Source of the DNA: an uncultured Bacilli bacterium
GTDB lineage: Bacteria > Bacillota_I > Bacilli_A > ML615J-28 > CAG-313
Assembly: GCA_947591495.1 (NCBI GenBank)
Contig: CANQDG010000004.1
Coordinates: 5,358 to 69,357, forward strand
Direction: 5' to 3'
DNA: 64,000 bases
Below are positions 29,143 through 38,950 of the stretch, one piece after another. A model generated the notes under the pieces. That model saw nothing but the letters and a program-made list of their open reading frames with translations. It ran no database searches and was not told where the DNA came from. The position numbers and the translations under genes were made by a program. Position 1 is the first letter of the stretch. Every line of letters starts with the position of its first letter.

Positions 29143-29910
29143 ATGCGAAAACCTATAATTGCGGGAAACTGGAAGATGTTTAAAACAAGAGATGAAGCTT
29201 TAGCCTTCGTTTATGCCGTAAACGAAAAGCTTCCATCAATTGATGTTGTTGATACAGTCATTTGTGCACCATTTGTAGTTTTACGTTGTCTTGTAAAACG
29301 TCAAGGTGATAACCTTAGAATCGGTGCTCAAAATATGCATTATGAAGAAAAAGGCGCATTTACGGGTGAAATTGCTCCACAAATGTTAACTTCACTCGAT
29401 GTATCATATGTTATTATTGGTCACTCTGAAAGACGAGCAATGTTTAATGAAACCGATGAAACAGTTAATAAAAAATTACATGCTGCTTTTAAATATGGTT
29501 TAACTCCGATTCTTTGTGTTGGTGAACACCTTGAAGAAAGAGAAAATGGACAAACCGAAGAAGTTATTAAAAATCAACTTGTTAAAGATTTAGAAGGTCT
29601 TTCTAAAAAAGAAGTTAAAGATTTAGTAATTGCTTATGAACCTATTTGGGCCATTGGTACAGGTAAAACGGCGACAGCTGAAATTGCTGATGAAACATGT
29701 GGATTTATTCGCAAAATGATTGCCTCATTATATGATGAAGAAACCTCATCTGCCATTCGTATTCAATATGGTGGTAGTGTAAAAGTTTCTAACATTGAAG
29801 AATTAATGAAAATGCCTAATATTGATGGGGCTTTAATTGGTGGTGCAAGTTTAGTTGCTGAAGACTTTATTTACTTTGCTAATGTAGCAAAAAAATATAC
29901 TGAACAATAA
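29143..29910 (+). CDS. tpiA: Triosephosphate isomerase
   Basis: IIAGNWKM, IIGHSERR, AYEPIWAIGTG and YGGSV. ATG at 29143 follows aaggtg; the ORF track starts at the GTG at 29134. Confidence 0.96.
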   Translation: MRKPIIAGNWKMFKTRDEALAFVYAVNEKLPSIDVVDTVICAPFVVLRCLVKRQGDNLRIGAQNMHYEEKGAFTGEIAPQMLTSLDVSYVIIGHSERRAMFNETDETVNKKLHAAFKYGLTPILCVGEHLEERENGQTEEVIKNQLVKDLEGLSKKEVKDLVIAYEPIWAIGTGKTATAEIADETCGFIRKMIASLYDEETSSAIRIQYGGSVKVSNIEELMKMPNIDGALIGGASLVAEDFIYFANVAKKYTEQ

Positions 29911-29997
29911 AAAGATGGTCTATATTCTTATCACTTGAATATAGACCCTTTAATAATTTATTGATGAATTTATCTAATTAAAACATTCGAGGATATT

Positions 29998-30660
29998 ATG
30001 AACCCAAAACAAAGATATAAAGAATTAATCAAAGAAAACGATAATGCCATTTTACAATTAAGTGAAGATTATCAAGTAATTGCTAATGCTTATACTAAAA
30101 AAGCAAGAGGTTATGGAACTAAAAGCCTTGATACCGAAGTAAGAATTAAAGAAGTTATAGAAGAGTTAATTTCTTTTGACGAACAGCATCTTGATAAAAA
30201 CGAAGCCATAGGTAATATGACAGATTATATTGAAAATAATATCAAAAAAATTGCCAAAGCTCCTGGTCGTGCAAATAAAATCAAAGAAATAATTGCTGTA
30301 AGTATTTTTATTTTATTAATAGCTGGTTATTTTGTTCTTAATACATGGCTTAATCGTAAACGTCCTCTTGCTGCCCCAACTGATATTACAATTGATCTTG
30401 ATGAAGAAGGATGCTTTAAACTTACTTGGACTTATAATGTTCTTGCAACTGAAGGATACGAAGTAATCATTTATAAAGATGGCGAAAAGTTAAAAAGCTT
30501 AACGGTTGATAAAATGGTAAGTGAAGGAACTAATACGCAACTTTTTTCCTCAAAAATTGCATATGAAGAAAATCATGTATATATCTTTGAAATAACGGCT
30601 AAAGGAACAGATGATTATAAAGAATCACAAAAAGCGCAAATCACTTATCCTATAGAATAA
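29998..30660 (+). CDS. Hypothetical single-pass membrane protein with an FN3-like C-terminal domain
   Basis: Central hydrophobic helix IIAVSIFILLIAGYFVL. No catalytic motifs. Confidence 0.55.
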   Translation: MNPKQRYKELIKENDNAILQLSEDYQVIANAYTKKARGYGTKSLDTEVRIKEVIEELISFDEQHLDKNEAIGNMTDYIENNIKKIAKAPGRANKIKEIIAVSIFILLIAGYFVLNTWLNRKRPLAAPTDITIDLDEEGCFKLTWTYNVLATEGYEVIIYKDGEKLKSLTVDKMVSEGTNTQLFSSKIAYEENHVYIFEITAKGTDDYKESQKAQITYPIE

Positions 30661-30677
30661 ATCACTTTACATAATGT

Positions 30678-30706
30678 TTGACAAAAGTGGTAAAATATAG
30701 TATAAT
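30678..30706 (+). promoter_or_regulatory. rpsD promoter
   Basis: TTGACA (30678-30683), 17-nt spacer, TATAAT (30701-30706). Confidence 0.7.
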
Positions 30707-30884
30707 TAACAAGGTGCGATAAATGCAGCATTCATTTGATTTTTAACCAATAGATTATCACGGCATATGGATACTAGTAATCTCGCTGCTTAGGTGAAAG
30801 TAATTGGGTAATCTAATTAAAAATTGTATTTGAATTTTTATCCACAAAAAAATAGTCAAAAAGACTTAAAAAGGAGAAAAAAGA
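30707..30884 (+). promoter_or_regulatory. Long rpsD 5' leader, candidate S4 autoregulatory element
   Basis: About 178 nt lie between the -10 box and the start codon. S4 autoregulation through the rpsD leader is known in Bacillus. I have not verified a fold. Confidence 0.4.
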
Positions 30885-31484
30885 ATGGCACGTTATACAG
30901 GCCCAAGTTGGAAACAATCAAGAAGACTTAAATTTTCTGTTTTAGAAAATGGTAAAGAATTACAAAAAAGAAATTATGCTCCAGGTCAACATGGTCAAAG
31001 AAGAGCAAAACTTTCTGAATATGGTCTTCAATTACAAGAAAAACAAAAAGTTCGTTTTACATATGGTGTAAGCGAAAAACAATTTAGAAACCTTTTCAAT
31101 AAAGCAGAAAAATTAGAAGGTAAACATGGTGAAAATTTCTTATTCTTACTAGAATCAAGACTTGATAATCTAGTATATAGAATGGGATTTGCGACAACTC
31201 GTCGTCAAGCAAGACAATTAGTTAACCATGGTCATGTTGTAGTAGATGGTAAAAAAGTTGATATTCCATCATATACAGTAAAACCAGGTCAAACAATTGC
31301 TATGCGTGAAAGTTCTAAAAATTTACAAATTGTTAAAGATGCTTTAGAAAATTGTGTTTCACGTTTAGGTTTTATTAGCTTTGATGAAGCAACTGGTGTA
31401 GGTACATATGTACGTTTACCAGAACGTAGTGAAATCTTACCTGAAATTCGTGAGAACTTAATCGTTGAATTCTATAACAGATAA
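30885..31484 (+). CDS. rpsD: 30S ribosomal protein S4
   Basis: [25 protein letters not shown] and [15 protein letters not shown]. Confidence 0.97.
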   Translation: MARYTGPSWKQSRRLKFSVLENGKELQKRNYAPGQHGQRRAKLSEYGLQLQEKQKVRFTYGVSEKQFRNLFNKAEKLEGKHGENFLFLLESRLDNLVYRMGFATTRRQARQLVNHGHVVVDGKKVDIPSYTVKPGQTIAMRESSKNLQIVKDALENCVSRLGFISFDEATGVGTYVRLPERSEILPEIRENLIVEFYNR

Positions 31485-31640
31485 TAATTAAAATTAAAGG
31501 ATGTTAATCGTTGATTCTATTAGCATCTTTTTTTGCTTTTTTATAATAAAAGATCGTAGTATAAAATGATAATGTTAATGCTATAATATATAAGTAATAC
31601 AAAAATCGTAACAAAATGTTACGATTTTATGAATATTTTA

Positions 31641-31669
31641 TTGACTAAAAGAATATTATTTGATATAAT
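31641..31669 (+). promoter_or_regulatory. Promoter of the ATPase/Toprim-like operon
   Basis: TTGACT (31641-31646), 17-nt spacer, TATAAT (31664-31669). GGAG lies 9 nt before the ATG at 31684. Confidence 0.65.
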
Positions 31670-31683
31670 AGGAGTATAAAAAA

Positions 31684-33069
31684 ATGAAAAGGAAAAAAGA
31701 AATGGAAAATTTAGTAGTAAAATTAGATAGTATAAAAATGATTAATTTTAAAAATATTGTTAAAAGTGAAATATCATTTTCTGATAAAAATAAAATTCTT
31801 AATACAGTTGGTATTTATGGACAAAATGGCAGCGGCAAAACTGCTGTTGTTGAAAGCTTAAACATTTTAAAATCTTTATTAATGAATATAGCCTTTCCTA
31901 AAGATTTATATTATTATATAAATGTTGTAAATAATGATGCTAAATTAGATTATAAGTTTATTTTTAATAAAGATAAAGAAAAATATATTGTTAAATATTA
32001 TGTAAAATTTACCAAAAATGTTAAATATAATAGTGAAAAAAATATTGAAGAAAAAATAGTTATTTTATCAGAAGAAAAAATAAAAATATTTAATATTGAT
32101 AAAAAATTATTAGCAAGCATTGATTGTAAAAATGATCAAAAAAAAATTAGTATCAATTGTCAAGATTATACTGATAGCACCGATCAAGATCTTATTTCTA
32201 ATGATATTGCAATAGCAACAGTTCATTTATCTAATCAATTATCAACAACCATTATTTTTCAAGATATGTTTAGAGAAAATATAAAAAAGAATACCTTATT
32301 AAAAATGATTTTAGATAGTATGCATTTTAATGCAATAACTAATTTATTTGTTATAGGAATGAAAGAAACAAGTCTTATTTCGGCATTAGATAATTTACCA
32401 CTTACTATTCGTACATCAAATAATAAAAAGACAATTACTTCAGGAACTGCCCTACTTAATTTATTTTCTCCATCAACTATACCAATTATTATTTTAGACA
32501 CCATTACAAAAGAATTAGAACGAATAAATCTTGTTATGACGCAACTAATTCCTAATATGAAAATAGGATATAAAACCATTAGTGAAGGTTTGGACAAACT
32601 AGGCAATCCCACTATTACTATTCAACTCGTTTCCATTATTGGTGATGCACAAATTCCCTTAAAATATGAATCTGAAGGTATCAAAAAATTAATTGCTTTA
32701 TGTAGTGTTCTAATTAGTGTATACAATAATGAGGCTGTATGTTTAGTGGTAGATGAGTTAGATTCTGGTATTTTTGAATATCTTTTAGGTGAAATAGTAA
32801 AAATTTTGCATAGTGAGGCAAAAGGACAATTAATTTTTACTTCGCACAATTTACGCTTGCTAGAAGTATTACCAAAAGAATGCATAATTTTTTCTACTAC
32901 TAATCCTCAAAAACGTTTTGTTAAAATGGCAAATGTTAAACCTAATCATAATTTAAGAGATTTTTATTATCGAACAATTTTATTAGGTGGCCAAAAAGAA
33001 TTATTATATAACGAAACAGAAGAATATGAGATAGAAAGGGCTTTTAGAATATGTCAGCCCCAAGCATGA
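31684..33069 (+). CDS. ABC/SMC-like ATPase of the AAA_15/AAA_21 type (same clade as OLD, GajA, AriA, AbiLi)
   Basis: Walker A GQNGSGKT, signature-like YESEGIKKLIAL, Walker B CLVVDELDSGIFEY and H-loop IFTSHN. Confidence 0.8.
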   Translation: MKRKKEMENLVVKLDSIKMINFKNIVKSEISFSDKNKILNTVGIYGQNGSGKTAVVESLNILKSLLMNIAFPKDLYYYINVVNNDAKLDYKFIFNKDKEKYIVKYYVKFTKNVKYNSEKNIEEKIVILSEEKIKIFNIDKKLLASIDCKNDQKKISINCQDYTDSTDQDLISNDIAIATVHLSNQLSTTIIFQDMFRENIKKNTLLKMILDSMHFNAITNLFVIGMKETSLISALDNLPLTIRTSNNKKTITSGTALLNLFSPSTIPIIILDTITKELERINLVMTQLIPNMKIGYKTISEGLDKLGNPTITIQLVSIIGDAQIPLKYESEGIKKLIALCSVLISVYNNEAVCLVVDELDSGIFEYLLGEIVKILHSEAKGQLIFTSHNLRLLEVLPKECIIFSTTNPQKRFVKMANVKPNHNLRDFYYRTILLGGQKELLYNETEEYEIERAFRICQPQA

Positions 33070-33779
33070 AGAAGCTAATTTTATTTATAGTAGAAGGGCC
33101 GAGTGATAAAGCTTATTTATATCCAGTGAAAAAAATGGTAGTGCAACATTTTAATAATAGACTTGCATTTAAAGTTACAAGATGTGATTTGTTAGTAAAA
33201 CCAGATACTAATTATATTAATATTGAAATCAAAGTAGCAGTAGCTGTTCAAGAATATTTAGAATTGTATGGTCTTGAATATAGTGATATAAAACAAGTTA
33301 TACATATTGTTGATTTAGATGGTACTTTCATTGATCAAAAAAATGTCGAGAGTGATCCTTCTTTATTAAGAGGTCAAACAATATATTTTAGAGACAAAAT
33401 AACAAATATAAATAAAGATAATATTATAAATCGCAACAATAAAAAAGCTAAATGTTTAGATGTTTTGTATAATCTTAAAGAAATTAATTATGGAACATTG
33501 AAAACTATCCCTTATAGAGTATATTATTTTTCTACTAATATCGATGATTATTTTTATGGAAACCAAAATGCGACCGATGAAGAAAAGAAAGAATATTCAA
33601 ATGCAATTTCTGATAAATACGTTAATTGTCCCAACGAATATCGAAATATGATAGAAAGACTATATTGCGTTAAAGGAAATTATTTTGAAACATGGGATTT
33701 CGTTAAAAAAAATAATCAATCATTAAATAGATGGACTAATTTTAATAAATTTTTTACTGAAATAATAGACAAACTTTAA
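33051..33779 (+). CDS. Toprim-like protein (RloB / DUF4435 / DUF4276-like)
   Basis: LILFIVEGPSDKAYL (Toprim Glu) and VIHIVDLDGTFID (DxD). The alternative start ATG at 33066 gives a 4-nt ATGA overlap with the ATPase stop. Confidence 0.7.
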   Translation: MSAPSMKKLILFIVEGPSDKAYLYPVKKMVVQHFNNRLAFKVTRCDLLVKPDTNYINIEIKVAVAVQEYLELYGLEYSDIKQVIHIVDLDGTFIDQKNVESDPSLLRGQTIYFRDKITNINKDNIINRNNKKAKCLDVLYNLKEINYGTLKTIPYRVYYFSTNIDDYFYGNQNATDEEKKEYSNAISDKYVNCPNEYRNMIERLYCVKGNYFETWDFVKKNNQSLNRWTNFNKFFTEIIDKL

Positions 33780-33960
33780 TAAAGCGTATTTTGCAAAAAT
33801 TAAAACTAATAATGGAAGTGATAACAGATTAATTTCTTTTATCACTTTTATATATTATGCTTTAATATAATTATTCAAAGCAATAACTAATAAATAAAAC
33901 CATTTGTATTTTTAAATAAAATTTAGTATAATATATATGAAAATAATAAAGGAGGAAACA

Positions 33961-36417
33961 ATGAATAAAAAATTAAGAAAAATTTTTACTTTATTTAGTG
34001 GCATTTTTGTTTTAACATTCTTCTTATTTTTCAGCACTGCCTGCAATAAAAAATATAAAGTAACATTTATTGCGGACGACGAAGTATGGAAAATAATAGA
34101 AGTTAAAAAAGGTGCAACAGTAGAAAAAGTAGAAGCTCCTAGCAAAGAATATTATGCTTTTGTTGATTGGATGGATGGCGATAACGTTTTTGATTTTTCC
34201 ACTAAAATTAAAAAAGATTATCAATTAACAGCAGCATATGAATGCACATGTGAACATGATTGGCTTGATGCAACGTGTGTTGAACCAGAAAGATGTAGCA
34301 TATGTTTAACAACTAGAGGTGAAGCTTTAGGTCACTCTTGGGTTGATGCAACCTATGATGCACCAAAAACTTGTGAAAGATGTGGCATTACCGAAGGCGA
34401 AGCTATTCCTAAACCAAAAGAAATTGAAACAGAATTTGATCAAGTTACAATCTATGTTGGTCAAAGCGTTCAAATAAAGGCTAAAGTATTCCCTGCAAAT
34501 GCTTCACAAGATATTGAATATAGTATAAGATATGCTGATGCAGGTGAAGGAACTTTTGATGAGGAAACCGCAACCTTTAATGCACTTCATGAAGGTATCG
34601 CATATTTGACAGTTAATTCAGTTGATGTTAAATATGTAAATAAAGTAATTACGATTAATATTTTACATCCACTATTAGAAGAAGAAGTTTATGAGGCTTT
34701 CAATATTATGACAGGTTTAGGCAATAATGCTTCAACCGATATTGAAATTAATTATCATACATATAATACTAAATCATTTGTTGAATATACAACGGCTGAT
34801 GATCCTAACTTTGGTAATTTATCGACCATCGCAGGTGAGGGCTATTATTTTACAGAAGGAACCGATATCGTTGTTGCGCCATTTACTCCAAGAAATGTTT
34901 ATCGCGTATCGCTTCATGATTTAACTCCTAATACAGAATATATTTATCGAATTAATTTAGGTAATGATACTTATAGCGAAGTATACCATTTTAAAACGGC
35001 TAATAATGATGGTGGTGATTCAGCATTTATTTTAATGTCAGATACGCACTATGCTTTAACAACTGATGCAGATGGTAATGAAGTATCTCATGGTTCTGAA
35101 ATTAGCGAACAAGCAATTCAACAAGCGCTTGCGCTTAATCCTAATGTTGGCTTTATTGGCACAGCCGGTGATACAGTCGATCGAGGCGGTAGTTCTAAAA
35201 TTTGGAATATTTTCTTTGAAAAATCAGAAAGTTTAAAGACATTACCAAGAATAGGTATTGCCGGAAACCATGAATATTATATTGATGATAAAACGGCTCA
35301 ATCAGATGGAAGATATCAAAAAGCTCATTATGCAACCGCTAATAATGGACCAGAAGGACAAATCGGTCTTAGTCAATACTTCATTTATAATGATATTTTA
35401 TTTATCGCTGTTGATAATGAAACTGCAGCTGGCCGTGATAATTTATTAGCATGGATGGAAGATTTACTTGCTAATAAAGAATATCGTTATAGTATTATAA
35501 TGATGCATCGCCCTGTTTATCATGACAATACTGATCGTGATGAAAAATTCTTAGCTATCTTTGAAAAATACGCTGTCGATTTAGTTGTAAGTGGTCATTA
35601 TCATAGTGATGATTATGTAGCTAATTATTATGAAGGCAATATATCAACTGATCAAGGTTTAGGTGTTAATTACATTACTCTTTCATTTAGTGGTGCTAAG
35701 AGCCAATCCGATTCTAATAAGCCATCGGTTTATTTATTTGAAACTCATGATGGTACCATCAAAATTACAAGAATTGATATTGATGGTAAAGTTAAGAGCA
35801 CAAGAACAGTTACTTCTAAACGTAACAAACAAGTAGTTGAAGATACTAAAGAAAATTTAATTAATTCAATTAATCCTGTTTATGATAGTCAAACTGCTAC
35901 ATATACAATTAATGTTAAAAATACTTTCTATGGTAATGTTAAAAAAATGACAGTTGTTGAAACTACTCGTGAAGAAATTAATGTCAATATGTTTTTCCCA
36001 ACATCTTCATATACAAGCCTTAAAATTACTAATATCATTCCTAACTATGAATATAATTTCCGTATAACCTTAGAGTTTATGGATGGCACAACAGAAGTTG
36101 TCGAAAAGGCCCTAAATTTGGCTCCAGAATTGAATTTAAGAGTTAGCAAGGTTACTGCTGATACCGCAAGTTTATGGTATGATGAGTTAGATAGTAGTCT
36201 AAATCAAATTATAAAATACTTTGAAGTATATGTTAATGGTCAAAAATGGGATGAATTCAACTATTTAGATGAATACTATTATCCCGTAACTTTCTATCGA
36301 TTAAAAAATTTAGAAAGTAATACAACCTATAATGTTACATTTGTTGCTATCGACCGAAATGGTAAAAGAATGTTTAGTTATGATCTTAAAGATAGTTTTA
36401 CAACTTTAGAAGCATAA
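33961..36417 (+). CDS. Surface lipoprotein: Listeria-Bacteroides-type repeat, Cys-rich repeats, Big_2-like domain, calcineurin-like metallophosphoesterase, FN3-like domains
   Basis: aggagg RBS then ATG at 33961. Lipobox FFSTAC. Phosphoesterase motifs GDTVDRG, GNHEY, MMHRP and SGHYH. Confidence 0.8.
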   Translation: MNKKLRKIFTLFSGIFVLTFFLFFSTACNKKYKVTFIADDEVWKIIEVKKGATVEKVEAPSKEYYAFVDWMDGDNVFDFSTKIKKDYQLTAAYECTCEHDWLDATCVEPERCSICLTTRGEALGHSWVDATYDAPKTCERCGITEGEAIPKPKEIETEFDQVTIYVGQSVQIKAKVFPANASQDIEYSIRYADAGEGTFDEETATFNALHEGIAYLTVNSVDVKYVNKVITINILHPLLEEEVYEAFNIMTGLGNNASTDIEINYHTYNTKSFVEYTTADDPNFGNLSTIAGEGYYFTEGTDIVVAPFTPRNVYRVSLHDLTPNTEYIYRINLGNDTYSEVYHFKTANNDGGDSAFILMSDTHYALTTDADGNEVSHGSEISEQAIQQALALNPNVGFIGTAGDTVDRGGSSKIWNIFFEKSESLKTLPRIGIAGNHEYYIDDKTAQSDGRYQKAHYATANNGPEGQIGLSQYFIYNDILFIAVDNETAAGRDNLLAWMEDLLANKEYRYSIIMMHRPVYHDNTDRDEKFLAIFEKYAVDLVVSGHYHSDDYVANYYEGNISTDQGLGVNYITLSFSGAKSQSDSNKPSVYLFETHDGTIKITRIDIDGKVKSTRTVTSKRNKQVVEDTKENLINSINPVYDSQTATYTINVKNTFYGNVKKMTVVETTREEINVNMFFPTSSYTSLKITNIIPNYEYNFRITLEFMDGTTEVVEKALNLAPELNLRVSKVTADTASLWYDELDSSLNQIIKYFEVYVNGQKWDEFNYLDEYYYPVTFYRLKNLESNTTYNVTFVAIDRNGKRMFSYDLKDSFTTLEA

Positions 36418-36571
36418 ATAAAATTACATAGATTAAAAAAATAAAAGGGATACAAGTCAAACTTAGTAATGGTTTGGCTTATATCCTTATTTTTTATAGG
36501 AAATAATCACTTAATAAAAAAAGGATTATTATGAAATTTTTTACATCTTTCCAAAATTTAGTTTGAAATAT

Positions 36572-36600
36572 TTGAAAAAAAAAGCCACTTATGCTATAAT
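36572..36600 (+). promoter_or_regulatory. Promoter of the hydrogenase operon
   Basis: TTGAAA (36572-36577), 17-nt spacer, TATAAT (36595-36600). Confidence 0.6.
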
Positions 36601-36626
36601 AAGTTACGTTAATTAGGAGGTTTAAA

Positions 36627-37109
36627 ATGTCAGTTAAATTAGAAATGTCAGAAGACCAAGTTAAACTATTAAAACAAAAAATAGCCGAACATAAACAAAA
36701 ACCAGGTCCTCTTATGCCTACCCTTCATGATGCCCAAACAATTTTTGGATGCATTCCTCTTGAGGTTCAAAAAATTATCGCTGAAGAGTTAGGTGAAAGT
36801 ATTGCCAAGATCAATGGTGTTGTTACATTCTATTCACGTTTTACTTTAGAACCTAAAGGAAAACATGTAATAAGTGTTTGCCTTGGTACAGCATGCTATG
36901 TTAGAGGCTCACAAATGGTAATTGATGAGTTCAAAAAATTATTAAATATAGGTTCAAATCAAACAACCGAAGATGGTAACTTTACATTAATGGAAACAAG
37001 ATGTATTGGTGCTTGTGGTCTTGCGCCAGTATTCACTGTTGATGATGATGTATATGGAACATCTAGTCCGAAGACCGCAAGAGAGGTTTTCGCTAAATTA
37101 ACGGAATAG
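36627..37109 (+). CDS. NuoE-like 2Fe-2S subunit (HydC/HndA type)
   Basis: CLGTACYVRGS ... CIGACGLAP thioredoxin-like 2Fe-2S motif. Confidence 0.88.
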   Translation: MSVKLEMSEDQVKLLKQKIAEHKQKPGPLMPTLHDAQTIFGCIPLEVQKIIAEELGESIAKINGVVTFYSRFTLEPKGKHVISVCLGTACYVRGSQMVIDEFKKLLNIGSNQTTEDGNFTLMETRCIGACGLAPVFTVDDDVYGTSSPKTAREVFAKLTE

Positions 37110-37112
37110 CCC

Positions 37113-37487
37113 ATGACAGTTCAAAAAATAGTTGAAGTAATTAGAGGTAAAGAACTTACCCCTAAAATCAAAGATGAAGATTTTGAATTAAAATATGCTT
37201 TTAGTGGCGATTTAATGAGTGATGCTTTAATGGTTTTAAGAGAAGCACCCGAAGGCTTTTGTGAGGCTGGAATCTTAATTACTGGTAATGTTACAATGCA
37301 AAGTATTAGAACAGCTGAAATGTTAGATTTTGCCGCCATCTTGATTACTAGAGGTAAAGTGCCTTCTAAACAAGTATTAGAACAAGCATATGAATCAAAC
37401 ATTATTGTTCTTGGCACTAACGATGTATCATTTTCAGTATGTGGTAAATTATATAGTGCCGGAATCAAAGGATTAAGCGATTTATAA
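37113..37487 (+). CDS. DRTGG-domain protein
   Basis: GDLMSDALMV ... AILITRGKVPSKQVLEQAYESNIIVLGT pattern. Confidence 0.6.
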   Translation: MTVQKIVEVIRGKELTPKIKDEDFELKYAFSGDLMSDALMVLREAPEGFCEAGILITGNVTMQSIRTAEMLDFAAILITRGKVPSKQVLEQAYESNIIVLGTNDVSFSVCGKLYSAGIKGLSDL

Positions 37488-37903
37488 TGGAAAATACAGG
37501 TAAATTTCAAATTGAAGCAATGGATTTAGAAAATGCTGGCAATGTTTCAAGTTTCATCAAAAAAACTCTCATCAACAAAGGTATTGCAAAAAACATTATT
37601 AAAAGGGTTTCAATTGCAGTATACGAAGCAGAAATCAATGTCGTAATTCATTCTTATGGTGGATGGTGCACATATATGATTGATGATGATAAAATTAGAG
37701 TTGTTTTTGAAGATACTGGTCCTGGCATTGAAGATATCGAACAAGCTATTCAACCAGGCTTTTCTACGGCTAATACCCAAGCAATTTATTATGGCTTTGG
37801 TGCTGGAATGGGACTGATGAATATTAAAAATGCAAGCGATACTTTTAATCTAACTTCATCGCCTAAAGGAACCATTTTAGATATTGTAATTAATTTTAAC
37901 TAG
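37487..37903 (+). CDS. GHKL ATPase, anti-sigma-factor / Ser-kinase-like
   Basis: YEAEINVVIHS, FEDTGPGIEDI and GFGAGMGLMNI. Confidence 0.7.
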   Translation: MENTGKFQIEAMDLENAGNVSSFIKKTLINKGIAKNIIKRVSIAVYEAEINVVIHSYGGWCTYMIDDDKIRVVFEDTGPGIEDIEQAIQPGFSTANTQAIYYGFGAGMGLMNIKNASDTFNLTSSPKGTILDIVINFN

Positions 37904-37910
37904 GTGATTC

Positions 37911-38237
37911 ATGATGCAAGTAATTGATATTTTAGAAAAAATCAAAGGAGAAATCCTTACTAAAAAAAGCACCAATCAAACCTTTGATGATATATATGCC
38001 GGTGATTTATTAAGTCATGTAATGGCTCATGCTAAAGAAAACAATTTATTTTTAACCATTATGGCTAATATGAATGCGATTGCGGTAGCAAGTTTGTTAG
38101 ATATGAAAGTTATCGTTTTTGCAGAAGATGTTAAACCAACACTTGAGATGATTAGTAAAGCTGATGATGAAGGCATTATGTTAATTACTAGCCCTTATAA
38201 TGTGGTAGAAATCATTCGTAAGGTTTATGAAATATGA
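37911..38237 (+). CDS. DRTGG-domain protein (second copy)
   Basis: GDLLSHVMAH ... VIVFAEDVKPTLEMISKADDEGIMLITS. Paralog of 37113..37487. Confidence 0.55.
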   Translation: MMQVIDILEKIKGEILTKKSTNQTFDDIYAGDLLSHVMAHAKENNLFLTIMANMNAIAVASLLDMKVIVFAEDVKPTLEMISKADDEGIMLITSPYNVVEIIRKVYEI

Positions 38238-38950
38238 AATATTTTTATGATTTACACATTCATACAGCCCTTTCACCTTGTGCTGATATCTTAATGAGTC
38301 CCAATAATATTTTAAATATGGCTTTTTTAAAATCACTAAATATTATTGCCATTACTGATCATAATTCAACTTTACAACTTGATGTTTTTGATGAATTAAA
38401 AAATAGTTATGAAATGTTAGTTGTTCCCGGTGCAGAAATTGAAGTAAAAGAAAAATATCATGTAGTTTGTTTATTTAAAACTTTTGCTACAGCTAAAAAA
38501 TTTCAAAAAGCTTTAAACGTATATTTAGATCGAAAAATGCATGATGAAGTAATTTATGGCGAACAAAATCTTTTTGATGAATATGATGATATTATTAGTA
38601 ATTATCAAATTAGCTTAATGGGATCTTCTAATATTGCTCTTGTTGATTTGCGCAAAATTATTAAGGGCTTAGATGGTGTAATGATTTTAGCTCATATTGA
38701 AAAATATGATTCCCAAATTTTTGAAAAATTAAAGACGGAATATCATGATTTATTTGATGCTATTGAAGTTAATGCCTTATATGACATTAATAAAATTGCA
38801 AGTAAACTAGACGAATTACCATACCTTGTTGTTCGTGATTCAGATGCACATCAAATTACTGATATTTCTGAAGCTGTTAATGCGATTGAATTAGAAGAAT
38901 TAACAATCGAAGCTCTGTTTAAAAAATTAAAGGAAAAAAAGCATGATTGA
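38234..38950 (+). CDS. PHP-domain phosphoesterase
   Basis: YDLHIHTALSPCAD and ITDHNS. Confidence 0.75.
   Translation: MKYFYDLHIHTALSPCADILMSPNNILNMAFLKSLNIIAITDHNSTLQLDVFDELKNSYEMLVVPGAEIEVKEKYHVVCLFKTFATAKKFQKALNVYLDRKMHDEVIYGEQNLFDEYDDIISNYQISLMGSSNIALVDLRKIIKGLDGVMILAHIEKYDSQIFEKLKTEYHDLFDAIEVNALYDINKIASKLDELPYLVVRDSDAHQITDISEAVNAIELEELTIEALFKKLKEKKHD

Noticed and set aside
30838-30846. Perfect DnaA box ttatccaca near the mnmG/parA-type origin-proximal genes
   Set aside because: It is the only copy I spotted, and it lies inside the rpsD leader. One 9-mer hit in 64 kb on two strands is expected by chance, and there is no cluster or AT-rich unwinding element.
33912-34224. Minus-strand ORFs 33912..34145 and 34024..34224
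   Set aside because: They overlap the signal-peptide region of the plus-strand lipoprotein gene. Their hydrophobic translation is the mirror of an AT-rich leader.
37121-37510. 129-aa minus-strand ORF antisense to the first DRTGG gene
   Set aside because: It overlaps entirely with a plus-strand gene that fits the operon. It has no RBS and its composition is low-complexity.
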